DNA of 50,470 bases, filler included, from Bipalium vagum (taxonomy: Eukaryota), in the NCBI GenBank assembly GCA_037834085.1. It is 3 parts of 3 records of this genome, joined end to end, with 100 filler letters (N's around TTAATTAATTAA, not from the genome) between each part and the next. Parts side by side here need not be neighbours in the genome. Positions count along the whole stretch, not along the records: positions 1 to 16,991 come from JBBMKC010083438.1; positions 17,092 to 33,705 come from JBBMKC010102839.1; 1 more part is not named here. One strand, 5' to 3'. The notes below the pieces were generated by a model. The model searched no databases. It had not been told where the DNA came from and saw only the letters and a list, made by a program, of their open reading frames with translations. This document shows positions 15,201 through 24,809 of the stretch, piece after piece. Made by a program: the position numbers and the translations under genes. Numbering within the stretch: the stretch's first letter is position 1; every line of letters starts with the position of its first letter.

Positions 15201-16776
15201 TCTGAACTGTTCTTTAGACTCTTATCAATTTGCTTTGAAAATCTTTCATAAAATTTTGAAGTCTGAAACTCTTGGAGAAACAATTTCGACAAGCCAACTT
15301 TGTCATTAATGATTTTCATTTGATCATAGTACGAGTTTAATCGACTGATCAAGACTTCATAAATCAACTGGTTGTCAGTATTTATCATATCTTCAAAGAT
15401 CTGTAAGCAGATGTTATTAATTTCTTCTGTGATACATTGGTTTTCTTGTTCCATTTGATCTGAGAATAAATTGTCTATATCTTGGTTTATTTTGTCGATA
15501 TAATGACGAATTTCAACTGACAATGGATGAAGTTTGAAGTGAATAAGTAATTCTTTCAAATTATAAGGAATAAAATTTGAGTCCTCAGATTTATTAAACT
15601 GTTCAATGAATAAACCGAGATTTCTCTTATATTCTACGGATTCTGACATTTCATCAGAAATAAAATCGCCGAGAGTATTTGCTAATTCTTGAATTTTGGG
15701 CATTAGAGAATTTAGATCAAGTGTTTTTTCCTCATACTTTTGTTTCATCAAACCAGTATCAGAATATAAATTGTCTAGGAAATCCAACTTTAATCCAATG
15801 TTACTTTGTGAGAGTTTTCCGTTCTTGATAATAAATGTACAGTTTTCAACCCAGTCAGAAAGCAAAAATGAAGAGTTAACAAGAACGCAACAAGATTGTC
15901 TCCATTGTTCCAACTGTTCTATGTTATGAATATCTGCCAAACTTTTTGATAAATTGTTTATGTTTTCATTTAATCCCTTTAAATCATATAGTATTATATC
16001 CAATGACTCTTTGTTCCAATTAGGACAGCCTAACATCTCCAAATCACAATTAGTAAAAGCAATTTTTTCCAAGTTCCCATCCATTCTTTCTACTTTTTCT
16101 TCTATAGCCTTGACACAGGTTAATTTTTCGTTGTTGATAATATCTTGAACTGTAAAAAGTGGAACATTAAAAGTACTTTTATTGATGATTTCCAAATTAG
16201 TATCAATATTTGATATACATTTCTGAAAGATTTTTTGAAAAATTTCACTAATCACAGTTTTTTCTTTTTCTGATAGACTTTTCTCCTCTTTTTGGTAATC
16301 AGGTTCGTCTTTAGCTATTAAACTATTACTCTGGTCGGAAAATAATGACTGAACTGTGCTTGATATAATGACATCTTCTTCTGAAGTCATAAAGATGAGC
16401 GGATTATCTTTTTCTATCATTTCAGATTTATTTTCAATTGACAAATTAGTCTGATTGAACAACTGAATTGATTGAGATTCCACAAGGTCGCAAAGCATTT
16501 GAATATTCTCAATAGATGGTAGTATCATTTTAGCCACCTCTGGATCATTCAGCTCAATCTCAACAAACTTCGACTTTGAAATTTCAATAACATGGCTTTG
16601 TATAACATGGATTTGTTCAACAATTCTTTCTTGTTGTTTTAAGTCACTCAGCAACATGTTTTTAGAATTTCTTCCACTTTCTATGAATTGCTCAAGCTGC
16701 ATCTGCAGCAGTTTAATTTTTTCCGTTTCCTGTTCTACTTCTTCTTTGATTTTGATCGCTTGGGAAATTGTGGATC
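114..16776 (-). CDS. Partial multi-exon gene for a giant alpha-helical spectrin-repeat/coiled-coil protein (nesprin/ANC-1/Msp300 or spectraplakin-like). Exons 16776-8858, 8808-8500, 6967-6638, 3945-2875, 2763-2590, 2546-2403, 1640-1317, 1268-1095, 287-114; both ends lie outside the contig.
   Basis: All nine exons have AG/GT boundaries and splice in frame (all internal junctions phase 0), giving 10,619 nt with no stop. The protein is E/K/L/I-rich with heptad character and has spectrin-like Trp helices (YKRDIYEFSLWISNE, CILTWIESKR, DVLKWEKD, LLSDWVENC). The family call is an inference because no CH, KASH or GAS2 domain is in the window. Confidence 0.8.
500..900 (-). mobile_element. Degenerate mariner transposase fragment (intronic)
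   Basis: Minus-strand translation NVMFCVWLNFGGIIIFERISDGRTFNSDL (~640-743) resembles the mariner KVMLCVWW..GII..ELL...TINS block. Confidence 0.6.
1095..1268 (-). CDS. Exon of giant gene (MHHKSPIY...LAYVE)
   Basis: Follows a 48-nt intron; atAG|ATG and GAG|GTATTT boundaries. Confidence 0.78.
1317..1640 (-). CDS. Exon of giant gene (DILKKSTD...VNQMNE)
   Basis: ttcAG|GAT and GAG|GTTTTT boundaries; ORF 1299..1727. Confidence 0.8.
1746..2267 (-). mobile_element. Internally deleted Tc1-like element with both TIRs
   Basis: Inverted repeats TA|tgctcatcgtcaaaaattttaggtaggt and TA|taatcatcgtcaagagtcttaggcaggt, both TA-flanked. Frameshifted N-terminal paired-like HTH (ERCRIVGLFEAGLSQ...PKSGRLR) in ORFs 1938..2147 and 1739..2002. 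Confidence 0.8.
2403..2546 (-). CDS. Exon of giant gene, absent from the ORF track (KLVEELEIKK...YEHHLL)
   Basis: Follows a 43-nt intron; ttAG|AAA and TTG|GTAGGC boundaries; 144 nt, open frame. Confidence 0.8.
2590..2763 (-). CDS. Exon of giant gene, absent from the ORF track (DSNQSDD...YEFSLWISNE...SSVQ)
   Basis: ctcAG|GAT and CAG|GTAACA boundaries; 174 nt, open frame. Confidence 0.8.
2875..3945 (-). CDS. Exon of giant gene (MISIRLEEAAG...NGDIN)
   Basis: ORF 2845..3945; taAG|ATG acceptor and AAT|GTAGGA donor; 1071 nt. Confidence 0.85.
6638..6967 (-). CDS. Exon of giant gene (DLKIQLTEK...EKIQNTN)
   Basis: ttcAG|GAT acceptor and AAT|GTACAT donor; 330 nt; phase 0. Confidence 0.8.
7163..7700 (+). 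mobile_element. 5' relic of a pogo/Tigger-like DNA transposon
   Basis: TA|cacttaaacctcgttat TIR-like end with an internal repeat cctcgttataag; ATG at 7384 gives MNKRVRLNIQEKRK (psq-type HTH start). Confidence 0.5.
7850..8290 (-). mobile_element. 5' half of a mariner element
   Basis: ORF 7880..8074 (MLYEFHKG...FRRFRDGD..LE.RPGR) is the mariner HTH; TIR TA-TTGGGTCATTGCAAATGTTCGGGCCCGATTTT at ~8257-8290. Confidence 0.8.
8500..8808 (-). CDS. Exon of giant gene (CLKKGLACK...LFKENL); alternative in-phase donor at 8488
   Basis: ORF 8422..8805; acceptor ttAG at 8809-8810; phase 0. Confidence 0.75.
8858..16776 (-). CDS. Giant 7,919-bp internal exon of the spectrin-repeat/coiled-coil gene
   Basis: Corresponds to the 2626-aa ORF. 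Acceptor tttAG|GATCC at 16777-16778; donor GAG|GTTTGG at 8856-8857, followed by a 49-nt intron. Confidence 0.85.
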
Positions 16777-16861
16777 CTAAACATAAATAAATGTGTTTCT
16801 TGGTAAAAAAATAGTTGGAAAATAAGTATTTTTGAAATCTTTACATAAAATAATAAAAATA

Positions 16862-16991
16862 CACTACCGTGCAAAAGTATTGGGACACTTGATTTTTAAC
16901 GAGAAATATGCGTCAAAAACAAAAATTGACGTGATTAGAGATGCTAAATGTTCTTGAAATACAATACTATGTCCAGCAAATATAATATAAC
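16862..16991 (+). mobile_element. Tc1-type terminal inverted repeat truncated by the assembly gap
   Basis: TA|CACTACCGTGCAAAAGTATTGGGACAC. Confidence 0.55.
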
Positions 16992-17091
16992 NNNNNNNNN
17001 NNNNNNNNNNNNNNNNNNNNNNNNNNNNNNNNNNNTTAATTAATTAANNNNNNNNNNNNNNNNNNNNNNNNNNNNNNNNNNNNNNNNNNNN
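16992..17091. other. Assembly gap spacer N44-TTAATTAATTAA-N44
   Basis: Exactly 100 nt with an all-frame stop linker; identical spacer at 33706-33805. Confidence 0.97.
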
Positions 17092-17649
17092 TAAGATTAT
17101 ATAATCTTTTAGAAACATTAAATGAAAGAGTAATTTATTGTGATACTGATAGTACAATATTTATTGATGATTCTTGGGAAAATAAAAATTGTAGTCATGA
17201 AGAATGCGCGCCTGTTAGAAAAATTACAAGGAGAAAATTTAGGAGATTTAACAGAAGAAGTTGAAAAAGATGTTGGGATTGGATCTTATATAATAGAAAT
17301 AGTTGTACCTGCTCCAAAAGATTATCATATGAAAATTTGGAGTACTAATAAAAAAGAAATAGTTACATCAGATAAAAAAAAAGGATTTGTAAAAAATAAT
17401 ATTAATTCAAATAAACTAACTTTTGAAAAGAAAAGGAATTTAGTATTAAATAATCCATTTAACAAAAGCAAGGAAGAAAATTATGAAATCATTGAAAGTA
17501 TAAAATTTAAATTAACAGGAAATAGTTTTAATAATTTTAATAGAATACAAACAATAAATGAAATAAAAATGTATGATTTTGATTTTAATAAAAAACAGAT
17601 CACATATTTAGAAAATGGTAATGTAATAACTTATCCATACAAATATTAA
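17092..17649 (+). pseudogene. C-terminal part of protein-primed family B DNA polymerase (pPolB), frameshifted near 17220
   Basis: RLYNLLETLNERVIYCDTDS (YCDTDS at 17136-17153), then in the ORF frame GENLGDLTEE...YI.EIV.PAPKDY...KKKGF...K.YDFDFNKK...TYPYKY*. Confidence 0.9.
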
Positions 17650-18057
17650 AAATTTTATTGCTTAGAAAAAAAAATTGATTTACCAACATGCAAGTTGAGG
17701 GGGTTATTCCCCCAACTAACAACTTACCAAATAAAAAATATAATTGTTGGATGTCTATACCAAAAAATATTTGGTTTGAAGATATTGAAATTTGAGGGAG
17801 AAATTGTCCTCTAACTATAAACTTGTCAAATTAAAAAAAGTATACATATATAACAAACATTTATTTTTATTTACAATCATGAAAGGTGGGTGGCTAAAAA
17901 CCAACCACCCAACAACTCTTCAAATGAAAAAAAAAGTTTGTATATTTATACTAAAAAAATATTTGATTTATAAATATGTAAAGGTTAGTGAAATTTTATG
18001 TCACAAACTAACAAATTGACAAATTAAAAAAATAATTGTGGTATACCTGTAGTGTTC

Positions 18058-18153
18058 CATATTTTACTTTCATTATTAAAAAATGTGGCTATTACAAATA
18101 ACATCATATTTTACTTTCATTACTAAAAATGGGGTCATTACAAATGACCTCAT
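18058..18153 (+). repeat. Two imperfect ~48-bp tandem direct repeats upstream of the endonuclease gene
   Basis: catattttactttcattattaaaaaatgtggctattacaaataacat / catattttactttcattactaaaaatggggtcattacaaatgacct. Confidence 0.75.
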
Positions 18154-18179
18154 AAAAAAATCAAATTTTATTTTAAAAA

Positions 18180-18764
18180 ATGGCGAATACAAATTTAATT
18201 ACTGAAAATTGTCAAACTGTAAATTTAAATAAATGTTCACAATGTAATTTGATAAAACCTATTTCTGAATTTTATTCAAAAATGAATAAATGTAAAAATT
18301 GTCATAAATCTAATGTTACACAACATAGAAATATTCCAAAAAATAAAATAAAATAAAATATAATAATATAATATATAATAATAAATAGAAAACAAGAAAA
18401 TCCAATGTTATAACTTCAACAAAATTTATATACCAGTTTAAGTAGATGTTTAAAAGAACGTAGAGAATCTAAACATTCAGAAGAATTATTTGGTGGTACT
18501 CTTGATTTTTTATATGAGTGGATTGAGTTTCAATTTTAGGATGGAATGACATGGGAAAAGCAAGGATGTTTTTGGCACATTGATCATGTTCTTCCAGTTT
18601 CTAAATTTGATTTTGATAATAAAGATCATTTTAAAACATGTTGGAATTTGAAAAATTTAAGACCATTAGGAGCTGATAAAAATCTAAGTAAAAGTAATAA
18701 AATTTATTATAAAGAATATTTATTTCAAGAAATTAAAGCAAAGTATTTTGAAAAAGAATATTAA
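18180..18764 (+). pseudogene. Zn-ribbon plus HNH-type endonuclease of the giant-virus/phage MTWENYG-WHIDH family, disrupted
   Basis: ATG 18180 ...KCSQCNLIKPISEFY...KCKNC; after a frameshift, FLYEWIEFQF*DGMTWEKQGCFWHIDHVLPVSKFD...CWNLKNLRPL.ADKNLSKSNK. Confidence 0.8.
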
Positions 18765-19035
18765 AAAAACGGAAATATTTCATAATTATTTAAAATGGAT
18801 AAGATGAAAAAATTTATAAATTATTTTTTTCCAAATTTACCAAACTTTTGGCAATAAAAAAATGAAGTAAAAATTCGGGCGAAGTCCCAAGAGAGCAAAG
18901 TGCTCGTAAAAATTAATAAAAAAAATAATTATAATGAATTCAATAATTAAAAAAGCATTTTATCATATGATGAAAAAGTTTAAGAAATTTTGATACCATT
19001 TTCTTAACTATAGAAAATTCTTAAAAATAAAATTT

Positions 19036-20286
19036 TTATAATTCTCCCAATTTTGATTTAGTTTCAAAATTAATCATTTTTCCACCTCCAAGTTTTATTT
19101 CCATAAATTTCTCATGTAATAAAACATAATTTAAAAATCCTTTAAAATAATTTTCTTTTTCAATAAGTAAAGTTATTGTTGCTCCATTTATACATAAATT
19201 TTTTGCTTGATCTGTTAAATCAAAAAAAATATGGAATATAACTTCAAATTCTAATAAAGATAACTGTGGATCATTCTTAAAATATTAAGATGCTTCTACA
19301 TAATTCAAATAAGTTTCATCATTGTATCCTTTCTTAAAGTTTTTTGGTTTTAAAGGATAATAAGTATCAACAAGTTGAATTTGTAAAGATTTAATTTTTT
19401 CTTGAACAAATAAACTATTATTTTTTTTATTGCCAATATCTGATTCTCTGAAACCAATAAATAAATATATAGAAATATTAGGGATAATATATATATATTT
19501 TTATTGTTTGAATTGTTCCTTCAGTTAATTTTAATTCTAAATAGTTCTACATAGAAAATTAACATAAATATTTTTCTCATCACTCATTCTTGAAATAAGA
19601 TTTAATCTTGCTTAATTATTTAATTTTATTGATGGAATAATAATGAAAGTTTTTTCAATTTTATTTTTGGTTGTTGATTATCTAAAACTCCATGTGTTCC
19701 ATAAAAAATTTCTTTTTCTAAATTAGTTATTTTTCTTACTAATGTTATTTTTCCCTGGATATTATATAAAGCTTTTCTAAAATATTGCAAAAATCCAAAC
19801 ATTAATTTTAAAAGAAATCTTCCTCTGCATGTATTATTTGAATATAATCTATTTCTAGATTTAAAACCCGTATTTGTTTTTAGCTTCGTTCTCTTTAATT
19901 TTATCAGAAATCCAACCAAATAATTCTCCATTATTATTTTTATCAATCATTACAAAATTTGTTATGGAATTTGATGGACCTAATTTTTGAATAGTTTCTA
20001 TTTCTGTTGATACTAATTTTAATGATGTATTTGAAAATAATTACGGAAAAAATTTATTCTGTAATGTAATAATTTCTTCTGCCTTAACATTTTTAATTTC
20101 GATTTCATAAATAAAATATGCATTACATATTTCTAAAGAATTTGTTTTAGGTGTTATTGTAAATGTTAATTTTCCTGTATCATTTAAATTTTTTATTGTT
20201 TCTGGATCTAAGCTTACTTCATCATAATCAGTTTTCTCATATGTTGTTTTTCGATGATAGTAATTTTATCATAAAAAAACTTCCAT
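19036..20286 (-). pseudogene. Polinton major capsid protein (double jelly-roll), with stops and frameshifts
   Basis: Reconstructed blocks: NLNDTGKLTFTI..NAYF; TLQNKFFP*LFS...EIE...G; FGW...NTGFKSR...LKLMFGFLQYFRKALYN...TLVR; YLFIGF...NNSLF...YYP...LSLLEF...FFDLTDQ. Size ~415 codons. Confidence 0.8.
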
Positions 20287-20419
20287 TTTTTTATAAAAAA
20301 ATATAATTTTGCAGTAAAGCAGCTTTTTGCTTAGAGAACAAAGTTCTCGCTGTTGGTGACTTCATCACTAATCAAATGCACAGCTTTGCTGCTAGTTCAA
20401 CTTAGTTGAATGCTGATGA

Positions 20420-21155
20420 AATTATCTTTTTTGTTTCTAAATTTATAAAAAAAATAATTATATTTTTATTTTTATGAAAGTTAAATAAATAATCAAATTC
20501 TTCTTTTTCAACAAAATGAGATAACATTTTTGAATAAATTTGATTTATCATTTTTAGAAATTTCAAATAAAATTAAAACATTGGAATTTTTTTTATTCCT
20601 TCTTAATGGTAAATCAAAAAAAGATTGTGATAAATATATTACTGAACATTTATTATGTCTTCCTCTAGTGAAATACTTCCATTATATATTGAATTTTTCA
20701 TTTATTACATCATCAAATATAATTAAGTTTTTAACATTTTTGGAAACATTACATCCAAGAGCGAAGCTCGTATTTAATTTATCTGGTGGTTGAATTTCAT
20801 TTGTTTTATCAGATAATGTCACTTTTATTTCTCTTTCTTTATGTTTATAATTTTTTTCATAAAATTTATATATATTTTCATTTTTAAACAGTTGGCAAAC
20901 TTCATCTTTTGATAATCCATAATCAAAAAAATCCTTAATATATTTTAAAGCTGGTTGAAGAAAAGCAGTTTTAGAAAAAATAATCAAATTTTTATAATCA
21001 ATATAATCTTTTTTTAATAGCGTATTATATAATAACACTGTTTTTCCTGAACCAGAAAGACAAATTATCAACATTCTAAAAATTGAAGGTAGATTAGAAT
21101 GATGTTTAAATTTTACAGAATTATTATTTAAGAAATCATCACAATACAATTCCAT
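20420..21155 (-). pseudogene. A32-like (FtsK/HerA superfamily) DNA packaging ATPase, frameshifted; 3' end approximate
   Basis: LPSIFRMLIICLSGSGKT (degenerate Walker A) and NLIIFDD (Walker B); after the frameshift, KYFTRGRHNKCSVIYLSQSFFDLP. Confidence 0.9.
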
Positions 21156-21259
21156 TTTTTAAAATATAATTTGACTTACTATTATTAATATTTAAACTTT
21201 TTTGAGGTGCAGCTTACCTTACAAGCTAGCCTTAAGCTCTATCACTTTTTGAAAGCAGG

Positions 21260-22056
21260 TTATATCTGCTTTAAGTGAATTTTCAAACTAATTTCTTCTC
21301 CATTAAAATCTATTAATTCTCTGTTATCATCAATTATTCTAAAATTTATGACATAAATATTTGTTGTAATCACAGGAAAATAAATCGGAAAATTTGGTTC
21401 TTTATTAATTTTATATTCTCTTTTAATAGTATTCGTAGGAAAATCATAAATAATAGTGTTTTTTATTATTAAAATACAATCCACTTACAATATCACAATC
21501 AACCATAATTGTATTTATATCTGAAATATTAACTTTTTTAGAATAATAAACTTCTTCTTCATAAGAATTTTTAACTTCAAATCATAAAAAATTTGCCAAT
21601 GAATTTTGAACAAGAAAAGATATTTTGCAACCTTTAGATATTTCCATGATACAGTTTGCAGAAATTGGATTAGCAACAATCTTAAAATAAAATTTCTTTT
21701 TCTAAAGATACTAGATCTTTGTCATATTTAAATTGGTACTCGATTGAATTAGAAATATCTGAAATTTCATATGCTCCAGGACCTAGTTTGAAATTTAATT
21801 GTTTATTTTTACCTATTGAATCTGTAATATCTAAATTGATTCTATTATTTTTTCAGTAACATTCAAAATTGAATTATAAGTGGAAAAATAAACTAAACCT
21901 AATTTATAGTTTATATTGTCTTTAAGTTTTAAAGGATAATCTAATCTTAATTTTTCTTTCTGAACTATTTCTTTTTATAAGAAATGATGTTGAAAATTTT
22001 TCAGATAAAAGGTTTGTTATTTTTCTTAACGATTAGGAAGCTCCACTAGATTACAT
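21260..22056 (-). pseudogene. Polinton minor capsid protein (penton, single jelly-roll), disrupted
   Basis: YPLKL...YKLGLVYFSTYNSILNVTEKNN...GAYEISDI...VNISDINTIMVDCDIVSG...IIYDF...YKI.KEP..PIYFPV...RIIDDNRELIDFNGEEISLKIHLK. Confidence 0.85.
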
Positions 22057-22069
22057 TTTTAAATTTATT

Positions 22070-23048
22070 TTTTAATAAAAATCTGTAAGTAAAATTTTTT
22101 TTGTTTCTTTTATTCAAAATATTTTCATAAACCTTTGGTTTAATTCTTTTTTGTTTTTTTAAATTTATTTAAAATTTTTAAGAATAAATGATCAAGATTA
22201 TCTTGTCCAGGTTTTTTAGCAGATAAATATTTTAAAGTTACAAACTGATCAAGTGCATACTGAGGTTTCTCAATTTCATAACATTCTCCTTTTTTTATTT
22301 CATTTTTTTCATTAAATTTATTTTGAATATTTTTCATATATATTGAATTCATAGATCCTTTAACATATCTTATTAGATATTAATAATTATGCAAATCTTT
22401 TAAACTATAATCTCGTTCAATTATTCAAAAAAATATTAGCATAATCTTTACCTTCAATTAATGATTTAAAACCTTCTGATAACACTCCAGAATCTGGTTC
22501 ATTTTGTTTCTTAAAATTTATTTCAGTACCAATTTTAAATAACTCAAAAGAAATTTTATTTATTGTTAAAATATTTTTTTCAATTGATGGTTTAAGCGAA
22601 TTTGGTAACTCTGGATTGATATGAAAATAGTTTTCAAAATTAAAATCATATTTAGGAGGTTTTTCAATTTTATGAGTAAACAATTTTTATTCATTTTGCT
22701 CACTAATGTCTTCAGTTAAAATATAAGTATTTTTGTCCAATTTTTGATTTCTTTTGGCAAAAGTCACTGCGTCTTTTTTAGTTTCTTTTTCGATTTGTAA
22801 TTTTTTTTCTTTTTTATCTAATTTAGCTAGTTTTGCTTGAGTACCGAGGGTGCTAGTGCCATGGGCATGCTTAGATTTATCAATCGTATCAGTAACTGGT
22901 TTATGAAAAGTTGTTAAATTTTCTTCTAATTCTCTTTGTGCTTTCATTGATTTACTATTTTATTATTAAAATTTTCTACTATTGTTATTAACTTTTTTAA
23001 TATTTCAATTTCATTTTTATTATCAATTACATTTTGTTTTGGGTTCAT
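22070..23048 (-). pseudogene. Uncharacterised Polinton protein (coiled-coil N-terminus with FHKPVT motif), split over ORFs 22687..22947, 22417..22683 and 22140..22352
   Basis: Three abutting same-strand ORFs after a TAAAAAATG start; LEENLTTFHKPVTDTI resembles the F-K-P-[IV]-T motif of a conserved Polinton ORF (recalled, not searched). Confidence 0.55.
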
Positions 23049-23299
23049 TTTTTAAAAAATAAAATAAGTATAAAATCGTACTATAAAAAATCAAAATAAT
23101 TTGTAGAAAAAATTGTCAACAATAAATCATTTTAAACTTCTTCCCATGGGAAAGTAAAATATTCAATTTCCAAAAATCATAAATATCTTGAAGAGAATTT
23201 ATTTCTGTATTTTTTAGTTCTGGATGAATTTCTAACAAACATAAAATTTTAATTAACTCAAATATTTTTTATTATTTAACTCACTCATTTTTTAATATA

Positions 23300-23940
23300 T
23301 CTTTTATATATATTTTTAATAAATTTTTAGTCTCTTTCGTGGTTGAACCACTAGGCTGTTTCACAGATGCTCTATACTCTTTTTTAGTTCTATTTTCAAT
23401 TCTTTTTTTGCTTCGTTTTCTAAATTTTCAATAATATTTCCCGATTTGATCTTTTTAATATTTTCTATACATTCACAAATTTCTCTGTAAAGTATTTTTC
23501 GTTTAAAAGTTATTCCTATGCTAATTGTTTCTGCAATAACTCTGAAGACCTAAAATACTAGTTGTAAGAGAAATATATATTAATAAACTAGTTCCAATTG
23601 TTGGTACATCAGACATAATCGCTGATCCAATTCCTAAAACACATCCATATCTTAAAAATGAATCTATTTTAGTATATTTAAATTTTAATTTTTTATAATG
23701 TTGTAATAAATTTTTTAATACTTTTTTCTCATTCGTAAAATTTTCTATTTTCATTTTTTCCAATTGCGTGATAATAGGATTATGATAAAACTTCGCTGGA
23801 TTTAATAATGGATTAGAGAATTGAAGATCCTCCATGAACTTCGCTTGATTAGAAAATCCTTCGTCAACTTCACAGGCAAAATTGTTTTGTAAAACAGGAT
23901 AAATAGGAGCAGTTGGTTTTTCAATTTTTTCAATTTCCAT
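23300..23940 (-). pseudogene. Predicted membrane protein of the Polinton (possibly the adintovirus 'gasderminX' class) with N-terminal PTAP-IYPVL
   Basis: ORF 23521..23940: KPTAPIYPVL, basic helix HYKKLKFKY, then two hydrophobic Gly-rich segments; basic tail after a frameshift. Confidence 0.55.
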
Positions 23941-23959
23941 TTTTAAATAAGAAATTTAA

Positions 23960-24809
23960 AATTTCAGGGAGTAGACATAGACTATAAAAAATTTACAAGA
24001 AATTTCTCAGAACGCTACGTTAAAGCATATATTAAGATAGAATCTTTTCATAAAAACTTCAATTTCTTTCAGTTGATTGTTTAATAAAAAATTATGAAAA
24101 ACTATAATATCATAAATTTTAATATTTGCTGAATTAAATCTAAATTTATAATTACCATTTGATGGAAAAATTGTTGAATATTTTTCTTCTGAATTATAAA
24201 AAAATGTGAATGCGATTTAAAATTTAGTGGTTTATTACAACGTAAAAATATTATATCAGTTCCTGTATATATTTTTTTCTTGAACAAAAGTTTTTCCAAG
24301 AGGTCTTCCATTAACCATAAAATAATTCCTATAAATATTATACCAACCAAAAACATGATAATTATTTGTTGTTCCAAAATTAATAATGGTATCGGCACGG
24401 AATTTTGGAATTGAGTGAAAGATGGCGGAAGACGATAGACTACGACGGATTGTATTTTGAATATTAATTATACTTGTATTTTTTGTTTTGACTTATTTTA
24501 ATTTTTTCAAAATAGTGTCTAAAGACTTATGGGACACCCTAATATCAATTTCATAATTGATTTTTCTACAACTAAAACAATTGTAAATTCGAGACCTTTG
24601 GTTTCAAGAGCGGAGCCTGCATCTTTTATTTCTGCTATTAACTCTCCTTGAAAATATCCAATATCATTTTTATAAATTCTTAACAGACTAGAGGTTGTCT
24701 TTTCAGTAGTAATTTCAGATGTAAAAGATTTCCAATACGATCTCCATGAAATAGGATTTAATTTTTATATTATTCATTAATTTCTGAATCTTCAGATACT
24801 TTATTTCAT
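23960..24809 (-). pseudogene. Unknown Polinton ORF interrupted by a mariner fragment
   Basis: TAAAATG start at 24809; fragmented coding-like sequence on both sides of the insertion. Confidence 0.35.
24390..24542 (+). mobile_element. 3' end of a mariner element inserted in the Maverick
   Basis: HGILELSERWRKTIDYDGLYFE matches the mariner C-terminus; right TIR gacttatgggacaccctaa|TA. Confidence 0.7.

Noticed and set aside
9636-16148. Ten short plus-strand ORFs within the giant exon
   Set aside because: They are antisense shadows (S/F/I/L-rich) of the E/K-rich minus-strand frame.
17036-17047. TTAATTAATTAA palindrome inside N runs (also 33750-33761)
   Set aside because: It is an identical all-frame-stop linker centred in exactly 100-nt gaps, so an assembly artefact. 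Adjacency across these gaps is unproven.
17792-18019. 75-aa ORF downstream of pPolB
   Set aside because: TTG start, no TAAAATG context, and it overlaps the stem-loop array; likely spurious.
17693-18153. CRISPR-like interpretation of the hairpin/repeat array
   Set aside because: The units are not near-identical, the context is eukaryotic and there are no cas genes.
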